In this document: positions 22,111 through 33,675 of the stretch, piece after piece | How the letters are laid out: the number at the start of each line of letters is the position of its first letter | Position numbering within the stretch: the stretch's first letter is position 1 | Assembly (NCBI GenBank): GCA_031459385.1 | Contig: JAVKIP010000003.1 | Coordinates: forward strand, 40,413 to 104,412 | From: Candidatus Fervidifonticultor secundus | GTDB lineage: Bacteria > Sysuimicrobiota > Sysuimicrobiia > Sysuimicrobiales > Humicultoraceae | DNA length: 64,000 nt | Direction of reading: 5' to 3' | Notes under the pieces: generated by a model | Told to the model about the DNA's origin: nothing | The model's input: only the letters and a program-made list of their open reading frames with translations | The model's database searches: none | Position numbers and translations under genes: made by a program

Positions 22111-23558
22111 CGCCCGGCCCCCAGCGCGCTCACCTGCTGCGCGAAGCCGACAAGGGCCCCCGGCAGGACGCCCACCTGAACGATGGTCAGGACCGCCAGC
22201 GCCAGGACCGCGGTCACCAGCGGACTGCGGTGCAGGCGCACGGCGGCGGGCGGCTCGCCCGCGTACATCACGTACGCGACCCGCAGGTAGTAGTAGACCG
22301 AGATCACGCTGGTCAGCACCCCCACCAGCGCCAGACCCAGGCCCAGCCGCCCGCCGCCCTCGATGGCCGCGGCGAACACGCCCAGCTTGGCGACGAATCC
22401 CCCAGACGGGGGCAGCCCGGCCAGCGAGACCATGCACACCGCGGTGGCGAAGGCCAGCAGCGGCGCCCGGGCGGCCAGGCCAGCGTAGTCGTCGATGCGG
22501 TCGGCCTCGCGCCCGGCGCGCTCCAGCCCCGCGGCCACGGCGAACGCGCCGAGGGTCATCGCGGCGTAGACCGCCAGGTAGCCCACGACCGCCGCGGTGG
22601 CCGCCGCGGTGCCCGTCGCGACGCCGATCAGCAGGTACCCCGTGTGCGAGATGCTGGAGTAGGCCAGCAGGCGCTTGTAGTTCGTCTGCGCCAGCGCGGC
22701 CAGGTTCGCCACCGCCATGGTGACGATCGCCAGCGCCCCCGCCAGCGGGCGCCACTGGTCGGCGAGCGGCGCCAGCGTCAGCGGGAAGACGCGCAGCAGC
22801 GCCGCAAACGCGCCCACCTTGGCGATCACGGACATGAATGCCGCGGCCGGCAGCGGCGCGCCCTCGTAGGCATCCGGTGCCCAGGTGTGAAAGGGCACCG
22901 CGGCGGCTTTGAAGCCCAGGCCGATGGCCACCAGGCCCATGCCGGCGGCAGCCGCAGGGTCGAGGGGACGCTGGGCCAGCGCCGCGGCCAGCTCGGGCAG
23001 GCGCGTCGTCTGGCCGACCCCGTAGAGCAGCGCCACACCGAAGAGCAGGAACGCGCTGGCGAACGCGCCCAGGAGGAAGTACTTCATGCCGGCCTCCTGG
23101 GAGCGTGGCAGGCTGCGGTGCCAGGCGGCCAGAACGTACAGCGGGATCGACAGCGTCTCCAGCGCCAGGAACAGCAGGAGCAGATCGCGGCTGGCGGCCA
23201 TCAGCATCGCGCCCGCCGTCGCCACCAGCACCAGCACGTAGTATTCGCCCCGCTCGAGCCCGGCCCGCCGCAGGTAGTCCGGCGCCACCGCCAGGCCGAA
23301 CGCGCCCACCGCCGCGGCGATGGCCTGGGCCGTGCGCGTGAGCCCGTCGCGCACGTACATGCCGGCGAACCCGGCGCCGTCGGGCGTCACGGCGGCCGCC
23401 CACCCGGCCCACACCGCGCCGGCGATGCCGGCCGCCACGAGCCAGCCGCGTCGCGACGGCGGCATCCACAGGTCCGCGAGCAGCAGGACCAGCGCCGCGC
23501 TCAGGACGATCAGCTCTGGCGCCAGCAGCTCGAGGGCCACCGGCGGCGGGGAGATCAT
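22107..23558 (-). CDS. nuoN: NADH-quinone oxidoreductase subunit N
   Basis: EAGMKYFLLG, FKAAAVPFHTWAPDAYEGAP, KRLLAYSSI; last gene of the nuo operon. Confidence 0.95.
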   Translation of the reverse strand: MISPPPVALELLAPELIVLSAALVLLLADLWMPPSRRGWLVAAGIAGAVWAGWAAAVTPDGAGFAGMYVRDGLTRTAQAIAAAVGAFGLAVAPDYLRRAGLERGEYYVLVLVATAGAMLMAASRDLLLLFLALETLSIPLYVLAAWHRSLPRSQEAGMKYFLLGAFASAFLLFGVALLYGVGQTTRLPELAAALAQRPLDPAAAAGMGLVAIGLGFKAAAVPFHTWAPDAYEGAPLPAAAFMSVIAKVGAFAALLRVFPLTLAPLADQWRPLAGALAIVTMAVANLAALAQTNYKRLLAYSSISHTGYLLIGVATGTAAATAAVVGYLAVYAAMTLGAFAVAAGLERAGREADRIDDYAGLAARAPLLAFATAVCMVSLAGLPPSGGFVAKLGVFAAAIEGGGRLGLGLALVGVLTSVISVYYYLRVAYVMYAGEPPAAVRLHRSPLVTAVLALAVLTIVQVGVLPGALVGFAQQVSALGAGR

Positions 23559-25123
23559 CGCCTGCGCTCCGCGGGGGCTGGCGCTGCAGGCGCGCGGCGC
23601 TCGACGGCCACAGGCGCGCGGCGCTCGACGGGCGCGGGTCGCTGAAGAGCCACCGGCGCCGACACCCGCTGGAGGGCGGCAGCCGCCGCCGCCTCGGACC
23701 GGTCCAGCAGCACACGCGGGGAGAGGCCGATGAGGAAGATCAGCACCACCAGCGGCGCGAACACCGCGACTTCGCGCGCGCTCAGATCTGCCAGCCGCTC
23801 GCGGTGCGCGGCCTGCACGGGGCCGTGCATCACCCGCTGGTAGGCCCAGAGCAGGTAGACGGCAGAGAGGATCACCCCGCCCGCAGCCAGCGCCGCCCAC
23901 CACCGCGAAGCGCGGAAGGCGCCCAGCAGGATCAGGAACTCGCCGGCGAAGCCGTTGGTGCCCGGCAGCGCCGCCGACGACAGCATGACGATGGTGAACA
24001 CCGCGGCGAAGCGCGGCATCAGCGCCGCGACACCGCCGTAGGCGGCGATCTGCCGCGTGTGGGTGCGCTCGTACAGCACCCCCACGATGAGGAACAGGGC
24101 ACCGGTGCTGATGCCGTGGTTGACCATCTGGAGGAGGCTGCCCTGCAGGCCCTGCACGTTGAGGGCAGCGATGCCCAGCATCACGAACCCCAGGTGGCTC
24201 ACGCTGGAGAAGGCCACCAGCCGCTTGAGGTCGGACTGCGCCCACGACACCGCCGCGCCGTAGAGGATGCCGACGATGGCCAGTGCCGCGATCAGCGGGG
24301 CGGCCCCGGCCAGCGCCTGGGGGAACAGCGCAGGGCCGAACCGGACGAAGCCGTAGGTACCCATTTTGAGCAGCACGGCGGCCAGGATGACGCTGCCGGC
24401 GGTGGGCGCCTCGGTGTGCGCATCCGGCAGCCAGGTGTGCAGGGGCCAGACGGGCACTTTGACCGCGAAGGCCAGGGCGAACGCCGCGAACAGCCACGCC
24501 TGGACGCCGGGGTCCAGGCGCACCGTCGCCAGGCGCTCGAGGTCGAAACTGCGGGCGCCCAGCTGCCCGGAGGCGACCACGTGGAGAGCCAGGATCGCCA
24601 CTAGCATCAGCACGCTGGCGGCCATCGTATAAAGGAAGAACTTCAGCGCGGCGTACCGGCGGTGTTCGCTGCCCCACAGGCCGATCAAGAACGCCATGGG
24701 GATCAGCACGGCCTCCCAGAAGACGTAGAAGAGAATCAGATCGAGGCTCAGGAACGTCCCGAGCACTGCGGTCTCCAGCCCCAGCATCGCCACCGTGAAC
24801 GCCTTCACGCGCTCGGTGACGGCGCTCCAGGCGCCGAGCAGGGCCACCGGGAAGACCACCGCCACCAGCCCCGCCAGCAGCAGCGAGATCCCGTCGATGC
24901 CCACGGCGTAGCCGATGCCGAGCTGGGGCACCCAGGGCACCCGCTCGACGAGCTGCAGCCCGCCGGACGACGCGTCGAACGCGCCCCAGACCGCCGCGAA
25001 GACGGCCAGCGTCGCCAGGCTCGCAGCGAGGCCGGTCCATCGGACGAGATCCTCGCGGTCGCGCGGCAGCAGGGCCACCACCGCGGCGCCGGCCAGGGGC
25101 AGGAAGATCAACCAGGACAGCAC
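23555..25123 (-). CDS. nuoM: NADH-quinone oxidoreductase subunit M
   Basis: FYVFWE, KFFLYT, VKVPVWPLHTWLPDAHTEAPT, LKMGTYG, LPGTNGFAGEF. Confidence 0.95.
   Translation of the reverse strand: MLSWLIFLPLAGAAVVALLPRDREDLVRWTGLAASLATLAVFAAVWGAFDASSGGLQLVERVPWVPQLGIGYAVGIDGISLLLAGLVAVVFPVALLGAWSAVTERVKAFTVAMLGLETAVLGTFLSLDLILFYVFWEAVLIPMAFLIGLWGSEHRRYAALKFFLYTMAASVLMLVAILALHVVASGQLGARSFDLERLATVRLDPGVQAWLFAAFALAFAVKVPVWPLHTWLPDAHTEAPTAGSVILAAVLLKMGTYGFVRFGPALFPQALAGAAPLIAALAIVGILYGAAVSWAQSDLKRLVAFSSVSHLGFVMLGIAALNVQGLQGSLLQMVNHGISTGALFLIVGVLYERTHTRQIAAYGGVAALMPRFAAVFTIVMLSSAALPGTNGFAGEFLILLGAFRASRWWAALAAGGVILSAVYLLWAYQRVMHGPVQAAHRERLADLSAREVAVFAPLVVLIFLIGLSPRVLLDRSEAAAAAALQRVSAPVALQRPAPVERRAPVAVERRAPAAPAPAERRR
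23587..23631. repeat. 21-bp direct repeat (24-bp period) in the nuoM 3' tail
   Basis: CAGGCGCGCGGCGCTCGACGG at 23587 and 23611; encodes VERRAP twice. Confidence 0.8.
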
Positions 25124-25127
25124 GCCG

Positions 25128-26993
<1,866 letters not shown>

Positions 26994-26996
26994 GGG

Positions 26997-27299
26997 CTAC
27001 CCGCGCAGGAGGTCCACGTCGTCGATATCGACGGTGGCGCGGGCGCGGAAGATGTTGACGATGAGGGCCAGGCCCACCACCACCTCGACGGCCGCCACCA
27101 CCAGCACGAAGAAGACCACCACTTGGCCATCGGGCGCGCCGTGCTGGCGCGCGAAGGTCACGAACGCCAGGTTGACCGCGTTCAGCATGACCTCCACGCT
27201 CATGAAGATGATGAGGGCGTTGCGCCGCACCAGCACCCCCGCCGCGCCCAGCACGAAGAGCGCCGCGCTCAGCGCCAGGTAGGCGCCGGCAGGGACCAT
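26997..27299 (-). CDS. nuoK: NADH-quinone oxidoreductase subunit K
   Basis: [24 protein letters not shown]; 100 aa hydrophobic protein. Confidence 0.95.
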   Translation of the reverse strand: MVPAGAYLALSAALFVLGAAGVLVRRNALIIFMSVEVMLNAVNLAFVTFARQHGAPDGQVVVFFVLVVAAVEVVVGLALIVNIFRARATVDIDDVDLLRG

Positions 27300-27302
27300 T
27301 GC

Positions 27303-27923
27303 TCAGCGCGCCTCCTCGGACGGCACTGCCGTCTGGTGGGTCTCGGCGGCCGGCGCACGCGGCCCCCACGCCTGGCCGCCCGGCGTATCGTGCGCGCCCC
27401 GGGACGGCCCCGGGAGGGCGTCGTCGGAGGGCTCGCCCGTCCGCCGACCCAGCACCGCCGCGGCCACGATGCCCACCAGGAGGATCACCGACGCCAGCTC
27501 GAAGGGCAGCAGGTAGGTCACGAAGAGTGCCTCCCCCACCTGCTGGGCGGTGCCGAACGCCTCGGGGGGCGGCCCGAACGTCCCGGCCGCCGCCAGGACC
27601 GCGCCCAGCAGCACCCCCAGGTAGAGGGCCGCCATCAGGATGGCGGCGCGGCGCTGGCGCGGCAGCTTCTCGGTCGGGCCCTCGCCGGACCGCGCGTGCA
27701 GCAGCATGATAACGAAGAGGAACAGCACCACCACGGCGCCGGCGTAGATGATGACCTGCACCATGGCGATGAACTGCGCGGCCAGCAGCAGGTAGGTGAC
27801 GGCCAGCGAGGCCAGCACCAGCAGCAGGGCCAGCGCGCTGTGCACCGGCGCGCGCGCGGCGATGACGCCCACGGCGCCGGCCAGCGCCGTGGCGGCCGCG
27901 GCCAGGAAGACCGCCCACTCCAC
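27303..27923 (-). CDS. nuoJ: NADH-quinone oxidoreductase subunit J
   Basis: PVHSAL, QVIIYAGAVVVLFLFVIM, PFELAS. Confidence 0.93.
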   Translation of the reverse strand: MEWAVFLAAAATALAGAVGVIAARAPVHSALALLLVLASLAVTYLLLAAQFIAMVQVIIYAGAVVVLFLFVIMLLHARSGEGPTEKLPRQRRAAILMAALYLGVLLGAVLAAAGTFGPPPEAFGTAQQVGEALFVTYLLPFELASVILLVGIVAAAVLGRRTGEPSDDALPGPSRGAHDTPGGQAWGPRAPAAETHQTAVPSEEAR

Positions 27924-27924
27924 G

Positions 27925-28398
27925 CTAGACGTCCCTCCGCGGATCGCGCCCCGAGGCGCCGGGATAGGGCTCGGTGAGCATGGGCTTGGTGTAGATCATC
28001 GCCTCCCGCGAGGAGCTGGCGAGCTCGTACTCGTGGCCCAGCACGATGGCACCCGTCGGGCAGGCCTCCTCGCAGAAGCCGCAGAAGATGCAGCGCAGCA
28101 TGTTGATCTGGAACTCTTCGGCGTAGCGTTCCCCCTTGCTCACCTGGCGCTCCGGGGTGTTCTCGGCGGCCCTGACGTAGATCGCCTGGGAGGGACAGAC
28201 GATCACGCACAGCTCGCAGCCCACGCACCGCTCGAGCCCGTCGGCGTAGCGGGTGAGCCAGTGACGGCCCTTGAATCGCGTCTCGACGCGCGTCTTCTCG
28301 TCGGGATACTGGATCGTGACCGGGCGGCGCAGGGCATACCGGCCCGTGACCAGCAGGCCCCGAACCAGGGCCACCGTTTGCCGCAGCAGCCCCGCCAC
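27925..28398 (-). CDS. nuoI: NADH-quinone oxidoreductase subunit I
   Basis: TIQYP, two 4Fe-4S motifs CVGCELC..CP and CIFCGFCEEACP. Confidence 0.95.
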   Translation of the reverse strand: MAGLLRQTVALVRGLLVTGRYALRRPVTIQYPDEKTRVETRFKGRHWLTRYADGLERCVGCELCVIVCPSQAIYVRAAENTPERQVSKGERYAEEFQINMLRCIFCGFCEEACPTGAIVLGHEYELASSSREAMIYTKPMLTEPYPGASGRDPRRDV

Positions 28399-28402
28399 CC
28401 GG

Positions 28403-29389
28403 CTAGCCTCCCCGGAGGGCCACGACGGCAGCCGTGACTACCACGTTGGCCAGCCCCACGGGCACCAGCACCTTCCACCCCAGGGCCATGAGCTGGTCGT
28501 GCCGGACCCGCGGCATCGTCGCCCGCAGCCAGATGAACAGCGCCACAAAGCCGAAGGTCTTCAGCACCACCCACACCGGCCCGGGCAGCAGCGGTCCCTG
28601 CCACCCGCCGAAGAAGAGCGTGGTGGCCAGCAGGCTCATGGTCACGATGCCGATGTACTCGCCGATGTAGAACATCGCGAACTTGAAGCCGCCGTACTCG
28701 GTCTGGAACCCGGCGATCAGCTCCTGCTCGGCCTCGGGCAGATCGAACGGCGCGCGGTTCGTCTCGGCCACGGCGCCGATCAGGAAGAGCAGGAACCCGA
28801 CCGGCTGCACGGCCACGAACCAGACCCGCGCCTGGGCCCGGACGATCTCCACCAGGCTCAGCGAGCCCGCCGTCAGCACCACCGCCACTACCGCCAGGCC
28901 GATGGCCAGCTCGTAGCTGATGAGCTGGGCGCTGGAGCGCAGGCTCCCCAGCAGCGCATATTTGTTGTTCACGGACCAGCCGCCCAGGATGATGCCGTAG
29001 ACGCCGATCGACGACGCCGCCAGCACCAGCAGGACTCCCACGTTGACGTCGGCCAGGTAGAGCGGGATGCGCGCGCCGAACACCGTGATCTCTGGCCCCA
29101 GGGGGAGCACCGCGTACACGAACAGCGCGGCGACCATGGAGATCGCCGGCGCGACCCAGTAGACCAGCACGTCGGCGCCGGCGGGCATGAAGCTCTCCTT
29201 GAAGAGGAGCTTGATGCCGTCGGCCAGCGGTTGGAGCAGGCCGAACGGCCCCACGCGGTTCGGCCCGTAGCGCAACTGGAACCTGGCCAGCAGGCGGCGC
29301 TCAAGGAGCGTCATGTACGCGCACGCCGTCAGCAGCACGACCAGCAGCACGATGCTCTTGGCCGCCGCGGCCAGCACCGCGCCCGTCAC
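28403..29389 (-). CDS. nuoH: NADH-quinone oxidoreductase subunit H
   Basis: RYGPNRVG, QPLADGIKL, QLISYE, AETNRAPFDLPEAE. Confidence 0.95.
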   Translation of the reverse strand: MTGAVLAAAAKSIVLLVVLLTACAYMTLLERRLLARFQLRYGPNRVGPFGLLQPLADGIKLLFKESFMPAGADVLVYWVAPAISMVAALFVYAVLPLGPEITVFGARIPLYLADVNVGVLLVLAASSIGVYGIILGGWSVNNKYALLGSLRSSAQLISYELAIGLAVVAVVLTAGSLSLVEIVRAQARVWFVAVQPVGFLLFLIGAVAETNRAPFDLPEAEQELIAGFQTEYGGFKFAMFYIGEYIGIVTMSLLATTLFFGGWQGPLLPGPVWVVLKTFGFVALFIWLRATMPRVRHDQLMALGWKVLVPVGLANVVVTAAVVALRGG

Positions 29390-29432
29390 CGCCGGCCCTC
29401 CTGCCCGGGCCTCCCGTGCCCACCGGGCCGGG

Positions 29433-31874
29433 TCATGCGTCCCCTCCGGGGATGGCCGCCGGCACCAACGCCCGCACTGTGGCGCGGGCGACGATCTCGG
29501 GCCAGCGCACGAGGTGGTGGATCGGCAGGCCCTCGGCCCGGCGCGGGACCAGCACCTGCCCGGCTGGCGTCTCGTCGCTCACGCGGGCCTGCAGGACCAC
29601 GGCGCCAGCGGCCGTGGCCACCTGAACGAGCGCGCCGTCGGCGATCTCCAGGCGCGCCGCGTCGTCGGGGTGGACGACGCACTGCGGCGGCCCGGCCAGT
29701 TCGGCCACACCCGGGCAGCGCGCCGTCATCGTCCCCCGGGTGAACAGCGCGTCCACCGGCAGCACGGTCAGCCGGTCGCCGTCGGACCCGGCCGCAGCGG
29801 CCGTCTCCGGCGCCGCGGGCAGCGCCACAGGCACCCGCACCGGCCCCACCGGGCTGGCGGCCTCGAGCGCGAGCCCGGGGAGCCGCCGGCGCATCAGCGC
29901 CAGCAGCTCGTCGGCCGTGCCAGGCGCCAGGGTGGCGCCCAGGCGATCGGCCAGGCGCATGAAGATCTCGGCGTCGGCTCGTGCCTGGCCGGGACCGGCC
30001 ACCGCCGCGCGCAGCGGCAGCAGCCGCCCCTCCAGGTTCATGACCGTGCCGTCCTTTTCCGGTAGCACCAGCGCCGGCAGCACCACGTCTGCGCTCTCCG
30101 CTGTCGGCGACAGGAACGCTTCGTGCACCACGACGAAGCCCGCGCCCGCGCGGGCCGCCGGCCACGCTGTCGCATCCGCCGCGTCGGTGGCCGGGTCGGC
30201 ACCCGCGACGTACAGCACGTCCACCTCGCCCGCCGCGGCGCGCTGCAGAATCTGCGGCGCGGTCCAGCCGCCCTCGCCCGGCAGCAGGCCGAGGCGCTGC
30301 GCGCCGATGTCGTTGCCGCGGCCGCGCATGACGTGCACCAGCCCGCCGACGCGCGCGGCCAGGTCGGCAGCAGCGCGCAGGATCGAACGGCCGGGCGGCC
30401 CGTCCAGCGCCACGCGACCCACGAAGACGTGCACCTGCCCTCCCGCGGCCACGGCCCCCCCAGCCCCGACCAGCGCCGGGGCCGCCCCGTCGTGATCTTG
30501 CCCCGTGGCCGGCCCGGGCGGCCGGCCGTCCTTTGCGGCCGAGGTCGCAGCGCGCAAGTCCATGACCGCCTGCGCCAGGCGGTCGTAGGGCCGCACGATC
30601 GTCCAGTGCGCCCAGCGGGCGACCTCCGGCCGCCTCACATGGAGCAAGATCAACCGTGCGCCACGGTCGAGCGCCTGCTTGAGGCGCAGCCATAGCACCG
30701 GGTACTCCTCGGTCAGGTCGCAGCCGATGAGCACGAAGACGTCCCCGCGGCCGATCTCCTCGATGGGCGCGCGGAGCCCCCAGGCGACCTCCAGGCTCGG
30801 GCTCCCCGCCGGGACGTCGGTCCGATGGTCGAGGTGCGGCGTGCCCACCACGTCCCGGAAGAGCGTCGCCGCCAGCACGATGTCCTCGTTGGCCAGGCGC
30901 CGTCCGCCGAGAAACGCCACCCGCTGCGGCCCGCGGGCGCGCGCGGTGGCCAGGCGCGCGCCCACGAGATCGAGGGCCTCGGCCCAAGTGGCCTCCTCGA
31001 GCCGCCCGTGGCGTCTGATGAGCGGCACCCGCAGGCGGTCGGGCGAGGCCACGTAGTCGTGGCCGAAGAACCCCAGGTCGCACAGCCAGATGTCGTTGAT
31101 CGCGGCGGACTCGCGGGCGCGGGTGCGCACCACCTGGCCGTCGCGCACGTCCAGCCAGACCGCACAGCCGAGCCCGCACAGCGTGCAGGTCGAAGCCACG
31201 GGCCGGCTATCCCATGGCCGCGCGCGGAACCGGTAGGTGCGGCTGGTCAGGGCGCCGACGGGACAGATGGCGATGGTGTTCCCGATGAACCTGGAGTCGA
31301 CCGGCAGGGCAAGCGGCGTGTTGATCTCGCTGGTGAAGCCGCGGGCGAAGCCTTTCAGCGCATGATCGCCGGCGACGATTTCACCGAACCGGACGCACCG
31401 CCAGCACAGGATGCAGCGCTCGCGGTCGAGCATCAGCACCGGGCCCAGGGCGACCGGCTTGGCGAAGTCCCGCTTGGCCTCGACGAACCGGCTGCGGCCG
31501 GGCCCGAAGCGGAGCGTCTGATCCTGGAGCGGACACTCGCCGCCCTTGTCGCAGATCGGGCAGTCGAGCGGGTGGTTGATCAATAGGAACTCGAGGATGG
31601 CTTCCTGCCCCGCCCGCACCTCCGCCGACTGCGTGTCCACCACCATGCCCTCGGCCGCCGGCAACGTGCACGCGGTCTGCAGTTTCGGCATCTTCTCGAC
31701 CTTCACCAGGCACATGCGGCAGGCGCCCAGCGGCGGCATCCGGTCGTGGTAACAGAAGATGGGGATCTCGCTGCCCGCGGCGCGGGCGGCGTGGTAGACT
31801 GTGGTGCCCTTGGGCACGGTGACGGTCCGGCCGTCGATCGTGAGGGTGACGACCTCGGGCGGGCTAGTGGCCAT
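29433..31874 (-). CDS. nuoG: NADH-quinone oxidoreductase subunit G (with N7-type cluster motif)
   Basis: FCYH..GACRMC, HPLDCPICDKGGECPLQ, RCILCWRC, CTLCGLGC..C. Confidence 0.95.
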   Translation of the reverse strand: MATSPPEVVTLTIDGRTVTVPKGTTVYHAARAAGSEIPIFCYHDRMPPLGACRMCLVKVEKMPKLQTACTLPAAEGMVVDTQSAEVRAGQEAILEFLLINHPLDCPICDKGGECPLQDQTLRFGPGRSRFVEAKRDFAKPVALGPVLMLDRERCILCWRCVRFGEIVAGDHALKGFARGFTSEINTPLALPVDSRFIGNTIAICPVGALTSRTYRFRARPWDSRPVASTCTLCGLGCAVWLDVRDGQVVRTRARESAAINDIWLCDLGFFGHDYVASPDRLRVPLIRRHGRLEEATWAEALDLVGARLATARARGPQRVAFLGGRRLANEDIVLAATLFRDVVGTPHLDHRTDVPAGSPSLEVAWGLRAPIEEIGRGDVFVLIGCDLTEEYPVLWLRLKQALDRGARLILLHVRRPEVARWAHWTIVRPYDRLAQAVMDLRAATSAAKDGRPPGPATGQDHDGAAPALVGAGGAVAAGGQVHVFVGRVALDGPPGRSILRAAADLAARVGGLVHVMRGRGNDIGAQRLGLLPGEGGWTAPQILQRAAAGEVDVLYVAGADPATDAADATAWPAARAGAGFVVVHEAFLSPTAESADVVLPALVLPEKDGTVMNLEGRLLPLRAAVAGPGQARADAEIFMRLADRLGATLAPGTADELLALMRRRLPGLALEAASPVGPVRVPVALPAAPETAAAAGSDGDRLTVLPVDALFTRGTMTARCPGVAELAGPPQCVVHPDDAARLEIADGALVQVATAAGAVVLQARVSDETPAGQVLVPRRAEGLPIHHLVRWPEIVARATVRALVPAAIPGGDA

Positions 31875-33153
31875 GCGCGGCTCCTGCGGCGCCGCCCGAC
31901 GTCGGCGCGCCGGGGGCGCCGGCCCGGGCGATGTGGCGCTCGTACCCATGGCGGAAATGGCGCAGGGACGCCACCAGGCTCGGCGGCACGCTCTCCCCCA
32001 GGGGGCAGAAGCAGGTGCCGGTCATGCCCCGGGCGATGCTCTCCAGCAGTGCCAGATCCTCGGGGCGGCCGCGCCCGTGGAGGATCCGGTCGAACACTTG
32101 CGTGATCCACACCGTCCCCTCGCGGCAGGGCGTGCACTTGCCGCACGACTCGTCGCGGTAGAACTCGACGATGCGGGCCAGCACCTCGACCATGTCGGCC
32201 GAATCGTCGATGACGATCACGGCCGCCGAGCCCAGCATCGAGCCCACCGCGCGCAGGCTGTCGTAGTCCATGGCCACGTCCAGGTGTTCCTCGGTCAGCA
32301 GCATCGACGACGACCCGCCCGGGAATGCCGCCTGGAAGCGCCGGCCGGGTCGCAGCCCGCCCGCGTGCTCGAAGATTATCTCGCGCAGCGGGGTACCCAG
32401 GGGCAGCTCGTAGACTCCGGGCAGGGTCACGTGGCCGCTCACCGAGAACAGCGCCGGGGGGCCCAGCTCCCGGTAGCGCTCGGGGCCCAGCGCGAGGACC
32501 GCGGGCACGTGGCAGAGCGTCTCGACGTTGTTCACCAGGGTCGGCATCTGGTAGAGTCCCGCCTGCGCCGGAAACGGCGGCCGCAGCCGCGGCAGCGCGC
32601 GCCGGCCCTCCAGCGACTCGAGCAGGGCCGACTCCTCGCCCGCGATGTAGGCCCCCGCCCCGGTGTGGACCACGATCTCCACGGTGTGCTCGCCGCCGAA
32701 GACCCTCCTGCCGATGAACCCGGCGGCCCGGGCCTGCGCCACGGCCTGCTCCAGCAGGCGGCGGGCGCGGTGGAACTCACGCCGCAGATAGATGTACGCC
32801 TTCTGGGCGCCCACGGTCACGGCCGCGATGATGATGCCCTCCAGCAGCAGGTGGGGGCAGCCCTCCAGGAGCGTGCGGTCCTTGAACGTGCCCGGCTCGC
32901 CCTCGTCGGCGTTGACCACGACGTACTTCACCGGCGCGCTGCGGGGGATGAACTTCCACTTCTGGCCGGTGGGGAACCCCGCGCCGCCCTTGCCCCGCAG
33001 CCCCGACTGCACCAGCAGGTCGATCACCGACTCCGGCGGCAGCTCGCCGGTCGCCACGCGCCGCGCCGCCTCGTACCCGCCGGCGCGGCGGTAGGCCGCC
33101 AGGTCGTGCACCCCGCCGTTTCGCGTCCACCTCAGCAGGATCGACTCACGCAT
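31864..33153 (-). CDS. nuoF: NADH-quinone oxidoreductase subunit F
   Basis: GLRGKGGAGF, NADEGEPGTFKDR, GAGAYIAGEE, ESCGKCTPCREG. Confidence 0.95.
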   Translation of the reverse strand: MRESILLRWTRNGGVHDLAAYRRAGGYEAARRVATGELPPESVIDLLVQSGLRGKGGAGFPTGQKWKFIPRSAPVKYVVVNADEGEPGTFKDRTLLEGCPHLLLEGIIIAAVTVGAQKAYIYLRREFHRARRLLEQAVAQARAAGFIGRRVFGGEHTVEIVVHTGAGAYIAGEESALLESLEGRRALPRLRPPFPAQAGLYQMPTLVNNVETLCHVPAVLALGPERYRELGPPALFSVSGHVTLPGVYELPLGTPLREIIFEHAGGLRPGRRFQAAFPGGSSSMLLTEEHLDVAMDYDSLRAVGSMLGSAAVIVIDDSADMVEVLARIVEFYRDESCGKCTPCREGTVWITQVFDRILHGRGRPEDLALLESIARGMTGTCFCPLGESVPPSLVASLRHFRHGYERHIARAGAPGAPTSGGAAGAAHGH

Positions 33154-33162
33154 CGCCAGACC

Positions 33163-33675
33163 TCACGGATACCGGGCCAGGAGTTCGTCCACGGCTGCGG
33201 GCCCCACCCGCGGCCACCGGTCCTCGTCGATGAGGACGACCGGCGCCTCCTCGCACGCCGCCAGGCACTCGGCTGCCCGCCACGTGAAGCGGCCGTCGGG
33301 GGTGGTGCCGCCCGGGCCGACGCCCAGGCGCTCGTGCAGCCGCCGCACCACCGCGCTGCAGCCAGCCAGCATGCACGAGACGTTGGTGCACACCTGGATG
33401 ACGTGCCGGCCGACCGGCTCGAGGTAGAACAGATGGTAGAACGAGGCGACCGACGCGACCTCGGCCAGCGGCAGGTCCAGGGCCGCCGCGACGCCGTCGA
33501 GCGCTTCGGGCGGGAGCCACCCGTACTCGGCCTGGGCGACGAAGAGCGCGGGCAGCAGCGCGGACTGCCGGTGCTCGTAGCGGGCGGCCAGCCGTCGGAT
33601 CTCCCGCCGGGCAGCCTCGCTCAGCGGCCGCCCGCCGGCGCGCGGCGCGCCCGCCGGCAGCCGCGCCGCGCTCAT
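33163..33675 (-). CDS. nuoE: NADH-quinone oxidoreductase subunit E
   Basis: VASFY, CTNVSC, CLAAC 2Fe-2S ligands. Confidence 0.93.
   Translation of the reverse strand: MSAARLPAGAPRAGGRPLSEAARREIRRLAARYEHRQSALLPALFVAQAEYGWLPPEALDGVAAALDLPLAEVASVASFYHLFYLEPVGRHVIQVCTNVSCMLAGCSAVVRRLHERLGVGPGGTTPDGRFTWRAAECLAACEEAPVVLIDEDRWPRVGPAAVDELLARYP

Noticed and set aside
23587-23631. Direct repeat in nuoM as a possible mobile-element scar or CRISPR remnant
   Set aside because: Only two in-frame copies in a low-complexity protein tail; most likely slippage.
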